DNA of 50,385 bases from Piscinibacter sp. (GTDB taxonomy: Bacteria; Pseudomonadota; Gammaproteobacteria; Burkholderiales; Burkholderiaceae_C), in assembly GCA_036401155.1 (NCBI GenBank), contig DASWVR010000096.1, positions 1-50,385 of the forward strand. The letters run 5' to 3'. The translations under genes were made by a program, and so were the position numbers. Every line of letters begins with the position of its first letter. The stretch's first letter is position 1. Below the pieces are notes generated by a model. It was not told the DNA's origin, made no database searches, and saw only the letters and a list, made by a program, of their open reading frames with translations. Positions 8,144 to 18,931 of the stretch are shown here, in pieces.

Positions 8144-9610
8144 TCAGGCGGCTGCCGTGTGCTTGCGCCGCCGCTCGACTGCCGGCACCTTGAGCATCTG
8201 CCGGTACTTCGTGACGGTGCGCCGCGCCACGGTGAGTCCCTGGCGCGCGAGCTGGCGCGCGATCTCGGCGTCGGACAGCGGGTCCATCGGGTTCTCGGCC
8301 GCGATCATGTCCTGGATCACGCCGCGGATGGCGGTAGCCGAACACGCGCCGCCGCTGGCCGTCGGCATCGCACGTGAAAAGAAGTACTTCAGCTCGAACA
8401 CGCCCGAGGGCGTCGCCATGTACTTGTTGTTGGTGACCCGCGAGACGGTCGATTCGTGCAGGCCGACTTCATCGGCGATCTCGCGCAGGCCCAGCGGCTT
8501 CATCGCGAGCGGGCCGTACTCGAGGAAGTGGCGCTGGCGCTTGAGAATGGCTTCGGCCACCAGCAGTATGGTCGAGAAGCGCTGCTCCACGTTGCGCACG
8601 GTCCAGCGCGCCTCCTGCAGGTGGGCTGCCAGCTCGGCGTGCTTGGCGTTGCGGTGCTGCTGGAACAGCTCGGCATAGACGCGGTTCAGGCGCACCTTGG
8701 GCACGACGGCGGGATTGAGCTGGGCCGCCCACTGCCCCCGCACCTTCTTGACGATGACGTCCGGCACCACGAAGTGCACGTGCGACGACCCGAAGCGCCA
8801 GCCGGGGCGCGGGTCGAGGTGGCGGATGCGCTCGCACACCGCCTCGATGTGCGACGGCTCGCGCTCGAACACGCGCGCCAGGCCGGTGATGTCGCGCTGC
8901 GCCAGACGGTCCAGTTGCTCCGAGATGATGCGCCGCGCCAGCTCGCGGTCCACCGGGTCGTCGATGCACTCGAGTTGCAACAGCAGGCACTCGGAGACAT
9001 TGCGCGCGCCCACGCCGCAGGGGTCCAGCGACTGCACCAGCTTGAGCGCCGTGTTCATCTCGCAGTCCTCGACCGGGGGGTCGAGTTCGGCCAGCGCGGC
9101 CAGCTCCTCGAGCGGCAGCCGCAGGTAGCCGTCGTCGTCGAGCGATTCGATGATGGCGCACACCAGCACGCGGTCGCGGTCGGTGAGCGGCATCACGTTG
9201 ATCTGGCCGTGCAGCTGCTGGCGCAGGTCGACGTCGGCGGCCACCATCTCCATCACGCCGTCGGTGTCGCCGGAGCTGTTGGCGGAGTTGCCGCTGCCGC
9301 CGGCGCTTTGCCAGTTCTCGCGCTCCCAGGCGGCGTCGGCGTCGGCGTCGCTGCCGGAGCTGGGCGCTTCGGCCACGGCGGTGTCGGGCGCGGTCAGCGT
9401 CGCGGCGCCATTGTTGTCCTCTCCGCCGGCGGCGGGCTGTTCGGCGGACTCGTCGATCTCCAGGAAGGGGTTCTTGCCCATCGCGTCCTGGACTTCCTGT
9501 GCAAAGTCCAGCGACGACAGTTGCAGGAGCCGCACGGCATGTTGCAGCCGCGGCGTCAAGGTCTGGTGTTGTCGTTGTTCGGTACGGGTCTGGAGCGCCG
9601 GTTGATTCAT
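8144..9610 (-). CDS. rpoN: RNA polymerase sigma-54 factor (paralog, RpoN2-like)
   Basis: Region I TPRLQHAVRLLQLS; DPCGVGAR; HESTVSRVT HTH; FELKYFFS; RpoN box ARRTVTKYR. Confidence 0.97.
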   Translation of the reverse strand: MNQPALQTRTEQRQHQTLTPRLQHAVRLLQLSSLDFAQEVQDAMGKNPFLEIDESAEQPAAGGEDNNGAATLTAPDTAVAEAPSSGSDADADAAWERENWQSAGGSGNSANSSGDTDGVMEMVAADVDLRQQLHGQINVMPLTDRDRVLVCAIIESLDDDGYLRLPLEELAALAELDPPVEDCEMNTALKLVQSLDPCGVGARNVSECLLLQLECIDDPVDRELARRIISEQLDRLAQRDITGLARVFEREPSHIEAVCERIRHLDPRPGWRFGSSHVHFVVPDVIVKKVRGQWAAQLNPAVVPKVRLNRVYAELFQQHRNAKHAELAAHLQEARWTVRNVEQRFSTILLVAEAILKRQRHFLEYGPLAMKPLGLREIADEVGLHESTVSRVTNNKYMATPSGVFELKYFFSRAMPTASGGACSATAIRGVIQDMIAAENPMDPLSDAEIARQLARQGLTVARRTVTKYRQMLKVPAVERRRKHTAAA

Positions 9611-9703
9611 GGATTGCTCGATGACAGAGTGGATGGCTGCGGCCTCGCGCCACGGGTGGCGCACAGGCTGGCGGGCGCACGGCGGCACGTCCATCTCCCT
9701 TGA

Positions 9704-9719
9704 CGCAACACCTGTGCCA
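9704..9719 (-). promoter_or_regulatory. sigma54 -24/-12 promoter of rpoN itself
   Basis: tGGCACAGGTGTTGCg on minus strand, ~95 nt upstream of ATG. Confidence 0.8.
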
Positions 9720-10127
9720 GCGAGGCGATAGCGTGCGCTCAACCGCGGCCAGCTCGGTTTCCAAACGTTGCGAGGTTCGGGCGCGACGTCCGCAAGATCG
9801 CGTCAGCATTGGCTTTACGCGAATTGGCGCGGCACAGCGCAGGTCGCGCGAGGGGCCCCGCGAGTTCACTTGTACGCCTTCCTCTTGCGCAAGACCACCC
9901 CGAATCCCAGGGCAATTTGTTCGATTTGCCGCAAACAAGGATGCCACCGCCGCAGCGCCTGCGGCCGTGTTTCGAAAAGTTCCAGCAAGTGGGGTACCTG
10001 CCCGCGCGCCCCTTGTGGCGTGGGGCGGTGTTTGTGAGAACGTCTTACAGCGGTCGCGCAAGCGTTTCGCGATGCTTCGGTAAAGCGCACCGCCCGTCAC
10101 GCTGGCGAACGCAACCCCCCGAACAGG

Positions 10128-10143
10128 GGGCATGTGTTTTGCC
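10128..10143 (+). promoter_or_regulatory. sigma54 -24/-12 promoter
   Basis: gGGCATGTGTTTTGCc. Confidence 0.75.
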
Positions 10144-10190
10144 GTAGAGCCGTCACGCGATGCAGTTCGCATCTTCAACCGGAGACATCC

Positions 10191-10847
10191 ATGGCCACAC
10201 GCAACAGTTCCAGCAGCACCGCCGGCCGCGGCCGCAGCAGCCCCAAGAACCAGATCATCGAGATGCTCAAGGCGGATCACAAGAAGGTGAAGAAGGCCTT
10301 CAAGGACTTCGAGAAGCTCGACCCGCAGGAGGACCCCGAGGCATGCCAATCCCTCGTCGAGCAGACGCTTGCCGAGATCGAGGTGCATGCGCAGCTCGAG
10401 GAGCAGATCTTCTATCCGGCCGCGCGAGAGGCCATCAAGGAGGAGGAGCTGATCGACGAGGCCGAGGTCGAACACATGACGGCCAAGGTGCTGATCGAGC
10501 AGCTCAAGGGCATGAGCGCGGAGGACGAGAAGTTCGCCGCCACGTTCAAGGTGCTGGGCGAGTACATCGACCACCACGTGAAGGAAGAAGAGAACGAGAT
10601 GTTCAAGCAGATGACCCGCACCGGCGTCGACTGGGACTCGGTGCTGATCCAGATGCAGGAGCAGCGCATGGCCCTGCTCGAAGAGAAGGGCCTGCCGCCC
10701 GAGGGCGAGGCCGAGGAGGCCGCCGAAGCTGCGATGAGCGGCTCGCGCAGCGCCGCATCCGCCACGCGGGGCATGTCGCGCGGCGCAGGCGAGGCGCGCC
10801 CGCAGGCATCGTCGCGTTCGCGCAAGTCCGGCTCCGAGAAGGAGTGA
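10191..10847 (+). CDS. Hemerythrin/HHE cation-binding domain protein
   Basis: LKADH...HAQLEEQIFYP...EAEVEH...HHVKEEE; GGAG RBS. Confidence 0.9.
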   Translation: MATRNSSSSTAGRGRSSPKNQIIEMLKADHKKVKKAFKDFEKLDPQEDPEACQSLVEQTLAEIEVHAQLEEQIFYPAAREAIKEEELIDEAEVEHMTAKVLIEQLKGMSAEDEKFAATFKVLGEYIDHHVKEEENEMFKQMTRTGVDWDSVLIQMQEQRMALLEEKGLPPEGEAEEAAEAAMSGSRSAASATRGMSRGAGEARPQASSRSRKSGSEKE

Positions 10848-10910
10848 GCCGACGCAGTCTGGTGCGGGCCGCTCGGCGGCCCGCGCATCCCCCATCGAGA
10901 GGAAAGCTTC

Positions 10911-12242
10911 ATGCCCCATCTGATCGTGTTCTCGCACTTGCGCTGGGACTTCGTCTATCAACGTCCGCAGCACCTGCTGTCGCGCCTGGCGAGACACTAC
11001 GAAGTCCTGTTCGTCGAGGAGCCTCAACGCTGCGAGGGCGAGGCCCGGCTCGAGTGCAAGCAGGGAGCGCCGGGCGTCACCGTGCTCAGGCCGCACACGC
11101 CGGTGGACGCCCCCGGTTTCCATGACGACCAGCTGCCGCTGTTGCGCCCGTTGCTCGCCGGCCACCTGGCCGACGAGGGCATCGCCGACTACGTGGTCTG
11201 GTTCTATACCCCGATGGCGCTGCCGCTGCTGGCGGAGCTCAGCCGTCCGGCCGATGCGCCCGGGCAGCCCGGCGGCGCCGGCGTGCAGCCGCGTGCGGTG
11301 GTCTACGACTGCATGGACGAGCTGTCGGCGTTCAAGAATGCGCCGAGGCAGCTTCGCCAGCGCGAGGCCGCGCTGCTGAAGGTGGCCGACCTGGTGCTGA
11401 CCGGCGGACCGAGCCTGTACGAAGCCAAGCGCGGGTTGCACCACAACGTGCTGTGCCTGCCCAGCGCCGTCGACGCGCGGCACTACTCGCCGCAGTTCTC
11501 CACCAGCCGCATCGACGCGATGTTGCAGGCCGAGCAGATCCAGGGACGGATTCCCGGCCCGCGCCTGGGCTTCTTCGGCGTCATCGACGAGCGGTTGGAC
11601 ATCGCGCTGATCGACGCGGTGGCGCAGGCCGAGCCGGACTGGCAGGTCGTGATGGTGGGCCCGGTCGTCAAGATCGAACCCGAGCGCCTGCCGCGCCGCC
11701 CGAACATCCATTGGCTGGGGCAGCAGCCCTACGCGTTGCTGCCGCAGCTGGTGGCCGACTGGGACGTCTGCCTGCTGCCTTTTGCGCTCAACGAGTCGAC
11801 CCGTTTCATCAGCCCGACCAAGACCCTCGAGTACATGGCGGCCGAGAAGCCGGTGGTCAGCACGCCGGTGCACGACGTGGTGGCGATGTACGGCGACGTG
11901 GTGCGCATCGGGCACGACCACGCCTCCTTCATCGAGGGCTGCCGCTGGGCGCTGTCGGAAACCGGCTACAAGCGCGCCGAGCGCATCGGCGAGATGCTGG
12001 CGACCGTCTCGCGCTTCTCCTGGGACAACACGGCGAAGACCATCCACGAGGCGATCGAGAGCGTCCTGGCCGAGCGGGCGCTGGCGCCGCAGCCGGTCGA
12101 GCCGCGGCAGGCGCCGGTCGAGGCCGACGAGTTGCCTGCGCAAGTGGCGACGGTGGGCAACCTGGCCCTGGCAGCACCGCGCGCCGCCGTCGCGAAGGTG
12201 CAGCCGGTGCGGGCGCAGCGCAACCTCGCCCAGGCGGGCTGA
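10911..12242 (+). CDS. GT-B glycosyltransferase (type usually linked to UDP-galactopyranose mutase)
   Basis: FSHLRWDFVYQRPQHL, VYDCMDELSAF, SPTKTLEYMAAEKPVVST. Confidence 0.88.
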   Translation: MPHLIVFSHLRWDFVYQRPQHLLSRLARHYEVLFVEEPQRCEGEARLECKQGAPGVTVLRPHTPVDAPGFHDDQLPLLRPLLAGHLADEGIADYVVWFYTPMALPLLAELSRPADAPGQPGGAGVQPRAVVYDCMDELSAFKNAPRQLRQREAALLKVADLVLTGGPSLYEAKRGLHHNVLCLPSAVDARHYSPQFSTSRIDAMLQAEQIQGRIPGPRLGFFGVIDERLDIALIDAVAQAEPDWQVVMVGPVVKIEPERLPRRPNIHWLGQQPYALLPQLVADWDVCLLPFALNESTRFISPTKTLEYMAAEKPVVSTPVHDVVAMYGDVVRIGHDHASFIEGCRWALSETGYKRAERIGEMLATVSRFSWDNTAKTIHEAIESVLAERALAPQPVEPRQAPVEADELPAQVATVGNLALAAPRAAVAKVQPVRAQRNLAQAG

Positions 12243-12331
12243 GCATGACGCGCGGCCCGCGGCGCGCCCGACGGCGTGCCGCGGGTTGTCGCCGCTCGCC
12301 CGCAACCAGCGAGAAACTGGTTCCTGCAGGC

Positions 12332-12347
12332 AGGCTCGCCGGTTGCT
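12332..12347 (+). promoter_or_regulatory. Possible sigma54 promoter of enhancer-binding regulator
   Basis: aGGCTCGCCGGTTGCt (GG-N10-GC, weaker -24 element). Confidence 0.5.
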
Positions 12348-12465
12348 CCTTCGCGCCAAACAGGTGCCCGATCCGGAAAATTTCCGTCGCCCGGCAGGCA
12401 CTTTGTAGAAGTTGCCAGCAAATGCTGCGCGGCTGTTCGTCCACATGCTGTCCGGAGACATGGCA

Positions 12466-13905
<1,440 letters not shown>

Positions 13906-14040
13906 GATGTCCCCTCGGGCACCTCGGTGCCTGTCGGCGGATGAATGCACCGCTCCTCCAGCCTCCTCCGGGAGGAGGCTCCGGCCGCACGCCGATCCGT
14001 TCGGCCTGGCCTGTCGAAGGCCAGCGCGCCCCCTTTTGCG

Positions 14041-15141
14041 CTATGTCCGCCCGTGCCGGGACCCGGCGGGAAAGTGCAGCAGCACTGCGCTGCGGGCCAC
14101 GGGTGGGGGCGCGGGCGGCGGGTGGCGGCGCGGACCCATCGGCACGGCCGACGACCGCAATCGCGACCGCACGGCGGCGAGCGAGGTCGGGGGCGCCACC
14201 GTCGACGGGTGCGGCTGCTCGACGGGCGGTGCCGGCCTGTCGAAGCCGCCTGGTGCGCCCCCTGCGCGGGCGGCATCGTCGACGGTCGCGGCGACCGCTG
14301 CGCCGTAGAGCAGGATCTGCGCCGAGTAATAGACCCACATCATCACGACGACGAACGAGCCCGCCGCGCCATAACTCGAGGCGACCCCCGCCCGCGCGAG
14401 GTACAGCCCGATCAGGTGCTTGCCGATGGAGAACAGCAGCGCGCTGCAGGCGGCGCCGACCCAGACGCCGCGCCGGCTCGGCGGCACGTCGGGCAGCCAG
14501 CGCAGCAGCGCCGCGAAGGCCACCACCAGCACCGCGGTCGACACCGTCACGTCGATCAGCGCGAACAGCGGCGCGAAGCCGCCGAAGCGGTCGGTCAGGT
14601 AGGCGCCGAGGGCGGCCAAGAGCGCGCTCAGCAGCAACGAGGCAATGGCCAGGAAGCCGAAGCCCAGAACCAGCGCAAACGCCACCACGCGGGCACGCAC
14701 CAGGGCGCCGAGCATCGACGGCAGCGGGGCCACATGCCCGATGGTGTTGAGCGCGCGCCGCAGCTGGGCGAAGACGCCGCTCGCGCCGATCAGCAAGGTG
14801 ATCACGCCGAGCAGCCCTGCCCACAGCCCGTGCGGGTCGCGCCAGGCCGATTCGATCATCGTCTCGATGCTGCGCGCAGCGTCGCCGCCGACCAGTCCCT
14901 CGATCTGGCCGACGATGTGGCCGCGCGCCGCCTCGGGCCCCAGCACGGCACCGGCGATCGCGATCGCCACCACCAGCAGCGGCGCCACCGCGAACATCGT
15001 GTAGAAGGCGATCGCCGCGCCGAGCTGCGCGCCGCCGTCGCGCGACCAGCGCTTGCCTGCGGCGATGAGCAGGCGAAGCGGCCGAGGCCACGGGATCGAG
15101 CGAAGCGCAGGCATGCGGCTGCGGCGAGACAGGCTCTCCAT
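14041..15141 (-). CDS. YihY/virulence factor BrkB family membrane protein
   Basis: GAAIAFYTMFAVAPLL; YGAAGSFVVVMMWVYYSAQILLYGA; start uncertain. Confidence 0.9.
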   Translation of the reverse strand: MESLSRRSRMPALRSIPWPRPLRLLIAAGKRWSRDGGAQLGAAIAFYTMFAVAPLLVVAIAIAGAVLGPEAARGHIVGQIEGLVGGDAARSIETMIESAWRDPHGLWAGLLGVITLLIGASGVFAQLRRALNTIGHVAPLPSMLGALVRARVVAFALVLGFGFLAIASLLLSALLAALGAYLTDRFGGFAPLFALIDVTVSTAVLVVAFAALLRWLPDVPPSRRGVWVGAACSALLFSIGKHLIGLYLARAGVASSYGAAGSFVVVMMWVYYSAQILLYGAAVAATVDDAARAGGAPGGFDRPAPPVEQPHPSTVAPPTSLAAVRSRLRSSAVPMGPRRHPPPAPPPVARSAVLLHFPAGSRHGRT

Positions 15142-15441
15142 GCCGTCGTGAAGCACTTGGTATGCCCGATCCCCCGGCTCGCGGGGGAGCATGAGGCTCG
15201 GCGCGGAAGCTGCGATGTTCGCGCCGCCGGCGGCCTTCCTTCATGCTGCATGCCATCGAAAGCAATTTCATGACCTGGGTGGTGGGCTACGGGCTGCGGC
15301 TGGCTGCGCTCTCGGTGTTCCTCCCACTGCGGGGCCGCAAACCCCTGCTGCCGGCGAATGAATTACACCCCGGCTGTAGGAGTTATCCACGCACACCTCT
15401 CGGGACGGCATGTGTAGCCCGGCGCGCGGCCCGGCCGGGCG

Positions 15442-15457
15442 CGGCACGTCGTTTGCC
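15442..15457 (+). promoter_or_regulatory. sigma54 -24/-12 promoter
   Basis: cGGCACGTCGTTTGCc. Confidence 0.75.
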
Positions 15458-15534
15458 TGTGAACCACGTGACCATGCGGCGTCGCGTGGCTGCGTGCAGC
15501 CTCGCCGGCCCGCAACCAATGCTTGGAGACCCAG

Positions 15535-15693
15535 ATGCAGCAGACCCTTCGTGCCGACCGTTCCGCCGACCGCCCGACGCGCGAACCTGCGGACCACGCC
15601 AACCTCGATCCTCGCCGCCATCCCAAGCACCCGAAGAGCGCCGCACCGGCCAAGGGCGTGGCGCGGCCGGATCGGCCGTCGATGCGCGGGTAA
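15535..15693 (+). CDS. 52-aa hydrophilic peptide MQQTLRADRSADRPTREPADH...
   Basis: GGAG RBS; first well-signalled ORF after sigma54 motif; stop 17 nt before cls ATG. Confidence 0.5.
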   Translation: MQQTLRADRSADRPTREPADHANLDPRRHPKHPKSAAPAKGVARPDRPSMRG

Positions 15694-15710
15694 GCCGCGC
15701 CCGAGCTCCC

Positions 15711-17126
15711 ATGCCGGCGCCGACACCACGGGTTGAATCTTTCTCCCGCGGCGAGGCAGCGCACGGCATCCCTGTGCCCGAGGGAAGCCACGAGCACGAC
15801 AGCGCGTTGCGCCGCGGGGCGGCCAAGGCACTGCACGGCGCGCGCCGGCTGGCGGCATTGCCGCTGGCTGGGTGGTCACGGGTCATCGTGCCCGCGGATC
15901 CACCGGGCCTTCCAGGCGACCGCCGGCGCGTCGAAGCGGCGCTCGAGCGCCAGCACGCGCGCTGGCTGATGCGATCGTTGCGCCGGCCGCTCGTCGGCGG
16001 CAACCGGGCGGAACTGCTGATCGACGGGCCCGCCACCTACGCCGCGATGTTCGCAGCCATCGATGGTGCGCGCGATCACATCAACCTCGAAAGCTACATC
16101 GTCGAAGCCGACGGCCCCGGCGAGGAACTGGCGCGGCGACTGATCGCCAAGTGCCGTGAGGGCGTGCGGGTCAACCTGCTATTCGATGGTTTCGGTTCGC
16201 TGCGCACCGCCGACGCCTACTTCGACGCGCTGCGCGCCGGCGGCGTGCAGCTGTGCGAATACAACCCGCTGCGCTCGTGGCGCAAGCTGCTCAGCCGCGG
16301 CGTGCACCTGCGCGACCATCGCAAGCTGCTGGTGGTGGACGGGCGGGTCGCCTTCCTCGGCGGCGTCAACATCAGTGGCGTCTACTCGGCCGGTTCGCAA
16401 GCGTCGCACGGCGCCGGCGACCGCGAGAACGCACAGACCCCTTGGCGCGACACGCACCTGCGCATCGCCGGTCCCCTGGTGGCCGAGCTGCAGCGGCTGT
16501 TCATCGCGCACTGGAACCAACACGCCGGCGCCGCCATCCAGCCGGCGAACTACCTGCCGACGATGGTCCCGCTGGGCGGCCTGCGCGGCGCGATCGCCTC
16601 CTGCGAGGCGGGGCGGCGGCGCAACCCCTTCTACCGCGCGCTGCTGCGCGCCATCGACCATGCGCAGCACCGCGTGCTGCTGACCACCGCCTATTTCGTG
16701 CCGACACGGCGCCTGCTGCGCGCCCTGTCCGCCGCTGCGCGCCGCGGCGTCGACGTGAGCCTGCTGCTGCCGAGCGAGAGCGACGCCTGGGCGCCGCTGC
16801 ACGCCGGGCGCTCGCACTACGGGCGGCTGCTGCAGGCGGGCGTGCGCATCTACGAGCGCGAAGGCGCGCTGTTGCATGCCAAGACGACGGTCATCGACGG
16901 CGTGTGGGCGACCGTCGGCTCGGCCAACCTCGATTGGCGCAGCTTCGTGCACAACGCGGAGGCCAACGCGGTGGTGATCGACGCCGATTTCGGCGCGCAA
17001 ATGGAGCAGGTGTTCCGCCACGACGTGGCCGCCAGCCGCGAGGTGACGATCGAGTCGTGGCACCGGCGCAGTGTCGTGCAGCGCCTGCGCGAAGGTCTTG
17101 CGCGCCGGTTCGAGTTCCTTCTGTGA
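15711..17126 (+). CDS. clsB: Cardiolipin synthase / phospholipase D (ClsB-like)
   Basis: Two HKD motifs (DHRKLLVVDG, LHAKTTVIDG), WRDTH, GSANLD; start uncertain. Confidence 0.85.
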   Translation: MPAPTPRVESFSRGEAAHGIPVPEGSHEHDSALRRGAAKALHGARRLAALPLAGWSRVIVPADPPGLPGDRRRVEAALERQHARWLMRSLRRPLVGGNRAELLIDGPATYAAMFAAIDGARDHINLESYIVEADGPGEELARRLIAKCREGVRVNLLFDGFGSLRTADAYFDALRAGGVQLCEYNPLRSWRKLLSRGVHLRDHRKLLVVDGRVAFLGGVNISGVYSAGSQASHGAGDRENAQTPWRDTHLRIAGPLVAELQRLFIAHWNQHAGAAIQPANYLPTMVPLGGLRGAIASCEAGRRRNPFYRALLRAIDHAQHRVLLTTAYFVPTRRLLRALSAAARRGVDVSLLLPSESDAWAPLHAGRSHYGRLLQAGVRIYEREGALLHAKTTVIDGVWATVGSANLDWRSFVHNAEANAVVIDADFGAQMEQVFRHDVAASREVTIESWHRRSVVQRLREGLARRFEFLL

Positions 17127-17182
17127 AGCGGGTGGGTTCCGGCCCCGGGATGCGGCGACAAAGCCACGACGATGTCGATCAC

Positions 17183-17198
17183 GGGAATGGCGTTTGCT
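17183..17198 (+). promoter_or_regulatory. Possible sigma54 promoter
   Basis: gGGAATGGCGTTTGCt. Confidence 0.55.
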
Positions 17199-17232
17199 GT
17201 TCGCATGCACCGACTGCTTTGAAGGGCACGCC

Positions 17233-18390
17233 GTGCGCATTGCCTTCGTCACCGAAACCTACCCGCCCGAACTCAACGGCGTGTCGCTTACCGTCGAGCG
17301 CATGGTGCGCCACCTGCGCGAGCGCGGCCACCAGGTCGAGCTGATCCGCCCGCGGCAGAGCGGCGAACCCCCGCTCGCGAGCGACGAGGAGCTGCGCACG
17401 CTGGGCTGCCCGATCCCGATGTACCCCGATTTGCGCATCGGCCTGGCGGCCGGGGCCACGCTGCGCAAGCGCTTCGAGCGCACGCAGCCGCAATTGGTGC
17501 ACGTGGCCACCGAGGGGCCGCTCGGCTGGGCGGCCTTGCGCGCGGGCAAGGCGCTGAACCTCCCGGTCACCACCGACTTCCGCACCAACTTCCACCAGTA
17601 CAGCCGCTACTACGGTTTCGGCTGGCTGTCGCCGGTGGTGCAGGACGTGCTGCGCCGCTTCCACAACCACGCCGACCTGAGCCTGGTGCCGACCGAAGCG
17701 GTACGACGGCAGCTGGGCGGGGCCGGGTTCCAGCGGCTGGAAGTGGTCGGCCGCGGCGTCGACACCGATCTGTTCGATCCCGCCAGGAGATCGCCGCAGT
17801 TGCGCAAGCAGTGGGGCGCGGGCGACGGTCCGGTGCTGCTGTACGTCGGCCGGCTGGCGGCGGAAAAGAACGTCGAACTCGCGTTGTGCGCATTCGAAGC
17901 GGTTCGCCTGCGCACGCCGTCGGCGGCGATGGTGGTCGTCGGCGACGGCCCGCAGCGACATCGGCTGGAGGCCGAGTTCCCGGCGGCACATTTCGTCGGC
18001 GTGCAGCGCGGCGAGGAGCTGGCGCGTCACTACGCCAGCGCCGACCTGTTCCTCTTTCCGAGCCTGTCGGACACCTTCGGCAACGTGACGCTGGAGGCGC
18101 TCGCCAGCGGCTTACCGGTGGTCGCCTACAACACGGCGGCTGCGGCAGAGCATGTGGACGACTGCCTCAGCGGCCTGCTCGCGCCGCCCGGCGACGAGAA
18201 GGCGTTCATCGCGTCGGTGTGCAGCCTGGCCTGGCAACACCACCACCTCGCCAGCGTGCGCGCCGCCGCGCGCGCGGCGGGGCTGAATGCGCGCTGGCCG
18301 GAGGTGCTCGCGCAATTCGAGTCCCGGCTGGCCGACGCGCTGGCCGCGCATGCGGCGCGCAGCGTCGCGGGGGTGGCGCTTGTTGCTTGA
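17233..18390 (+). CDS. GT4 glycosyltransferase
   Basis: RIAFVTETYPPELNGV; VGRLAAEKN; DTFGNVTLEALASGLPVV. Confidence 0.92.
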   Translation: MRIAFVTETYPPELNGVSLTVERMVRHLRERGHQVELIRPRQSGEPPLASDEELRTLGCPIPMYPDLRIGLAAGATLRKRFERTQPQLVHVATEGPLGWAALRAGKALNLPVTTDFRTNFHQYSRYYGFGWLSPVVQDVLRRFHNHADLSLVPTEAVRRQLGGAGFQRLEVVGRGVDTDLFDPARRSPQLRKQWGAGDGPVLLYVGRLAAEKNVELALCAFEAVRLRTPSAAMVVVGDGPQRHRLEAEFPAAHFVGVQRGEELARHYASADLFLFPSLSDTFGNVTLEALASGLPVVAYNTAAAAEHVDDCLSGLLAPPGDEKAFIASVCSLAWQHHHLASVRAAARAAGLNARWPEVLAQFESRLADALAAHAARSVAGVALVA

Positions 18391-18931
18391 GGAGCGCCAG
18401 CGCTTGCGCGAAGCGCGCCGCCGACTCTGGATCGAGCGCGAGGCCTCGATCGCGCTGTGGATGCATGGCGCAGCGGCGCTCCCTGCCGTGCTGCTGACGC
18501 TGCTCGCGGTCAGCTGGCTCGGCGACGGCGCGCTCTGGTACGCGCTGATCGCCACGCTGCCGTGGTGGGGCGGTCCCGAAGGGGTGAAATGTGCGCTCTA
18601 CATGGTGGCGCTCGGTGGCGTCAACCTGGTCTTCTACAAGGCGCTCAAGCAACGCATCGCGCGCCCGCGGCCCTTCGTGTCGTGCGCCGGCATCCGGGCC
18701 TGCGCGCGCTCGCTGGACGAGTTCAGCTTCCCGAGCGGACACACCATGCACGCGGTGGCGTTCAGCCTGCTGCTCTCCCACTACCACCCGGCGCTCGCGC
18801 TGCCGCTGTGGGGATTTACCGCGCTGGTTGCGCTGTCACGCATCGTGCTCGGCCTGCACTACCCGAGCGACGTGGCGGCCGGCGCGCTGATCGGCTGGCT
18901 GACGGGCATGTTCATGCTGGTGATCATCTGA
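18380..18931 (+). CDS. PAP2-family lipid phosphatase
   Basis: KQRIARPRP, SFPSGH, SRIVLGLHYPSDV; TTG start overlapping GT4 stop (uncertain). Confidence 0.88.
   Translation: MLLEERQRLREARRRLWIEREASIALWMHGAAALPAVLLTLLAVSWLGDGALWYALIATLPWWGGPEGVKCALYMVALGGVNLVFYKALKQRIARPRPFVSCAGIRACARSLDEFSFPSGHTMHAVAFSLLLSHYHPALALPLWGFTALVALSRIVLGLHYPSDVAAGALIGWLTGMFMLVII

Noticed and set aside
15241-15256. sigma54-like motif upstream of yihY (TGGCATGCAGCATGA)
   Set aside because: -12 element is GA, not GC; not counted among the 28
15243-15710. Long N-terminal extension of cls in ORF track
   Set aside because: Spans the promoter and a separate small ORF; not protein-like
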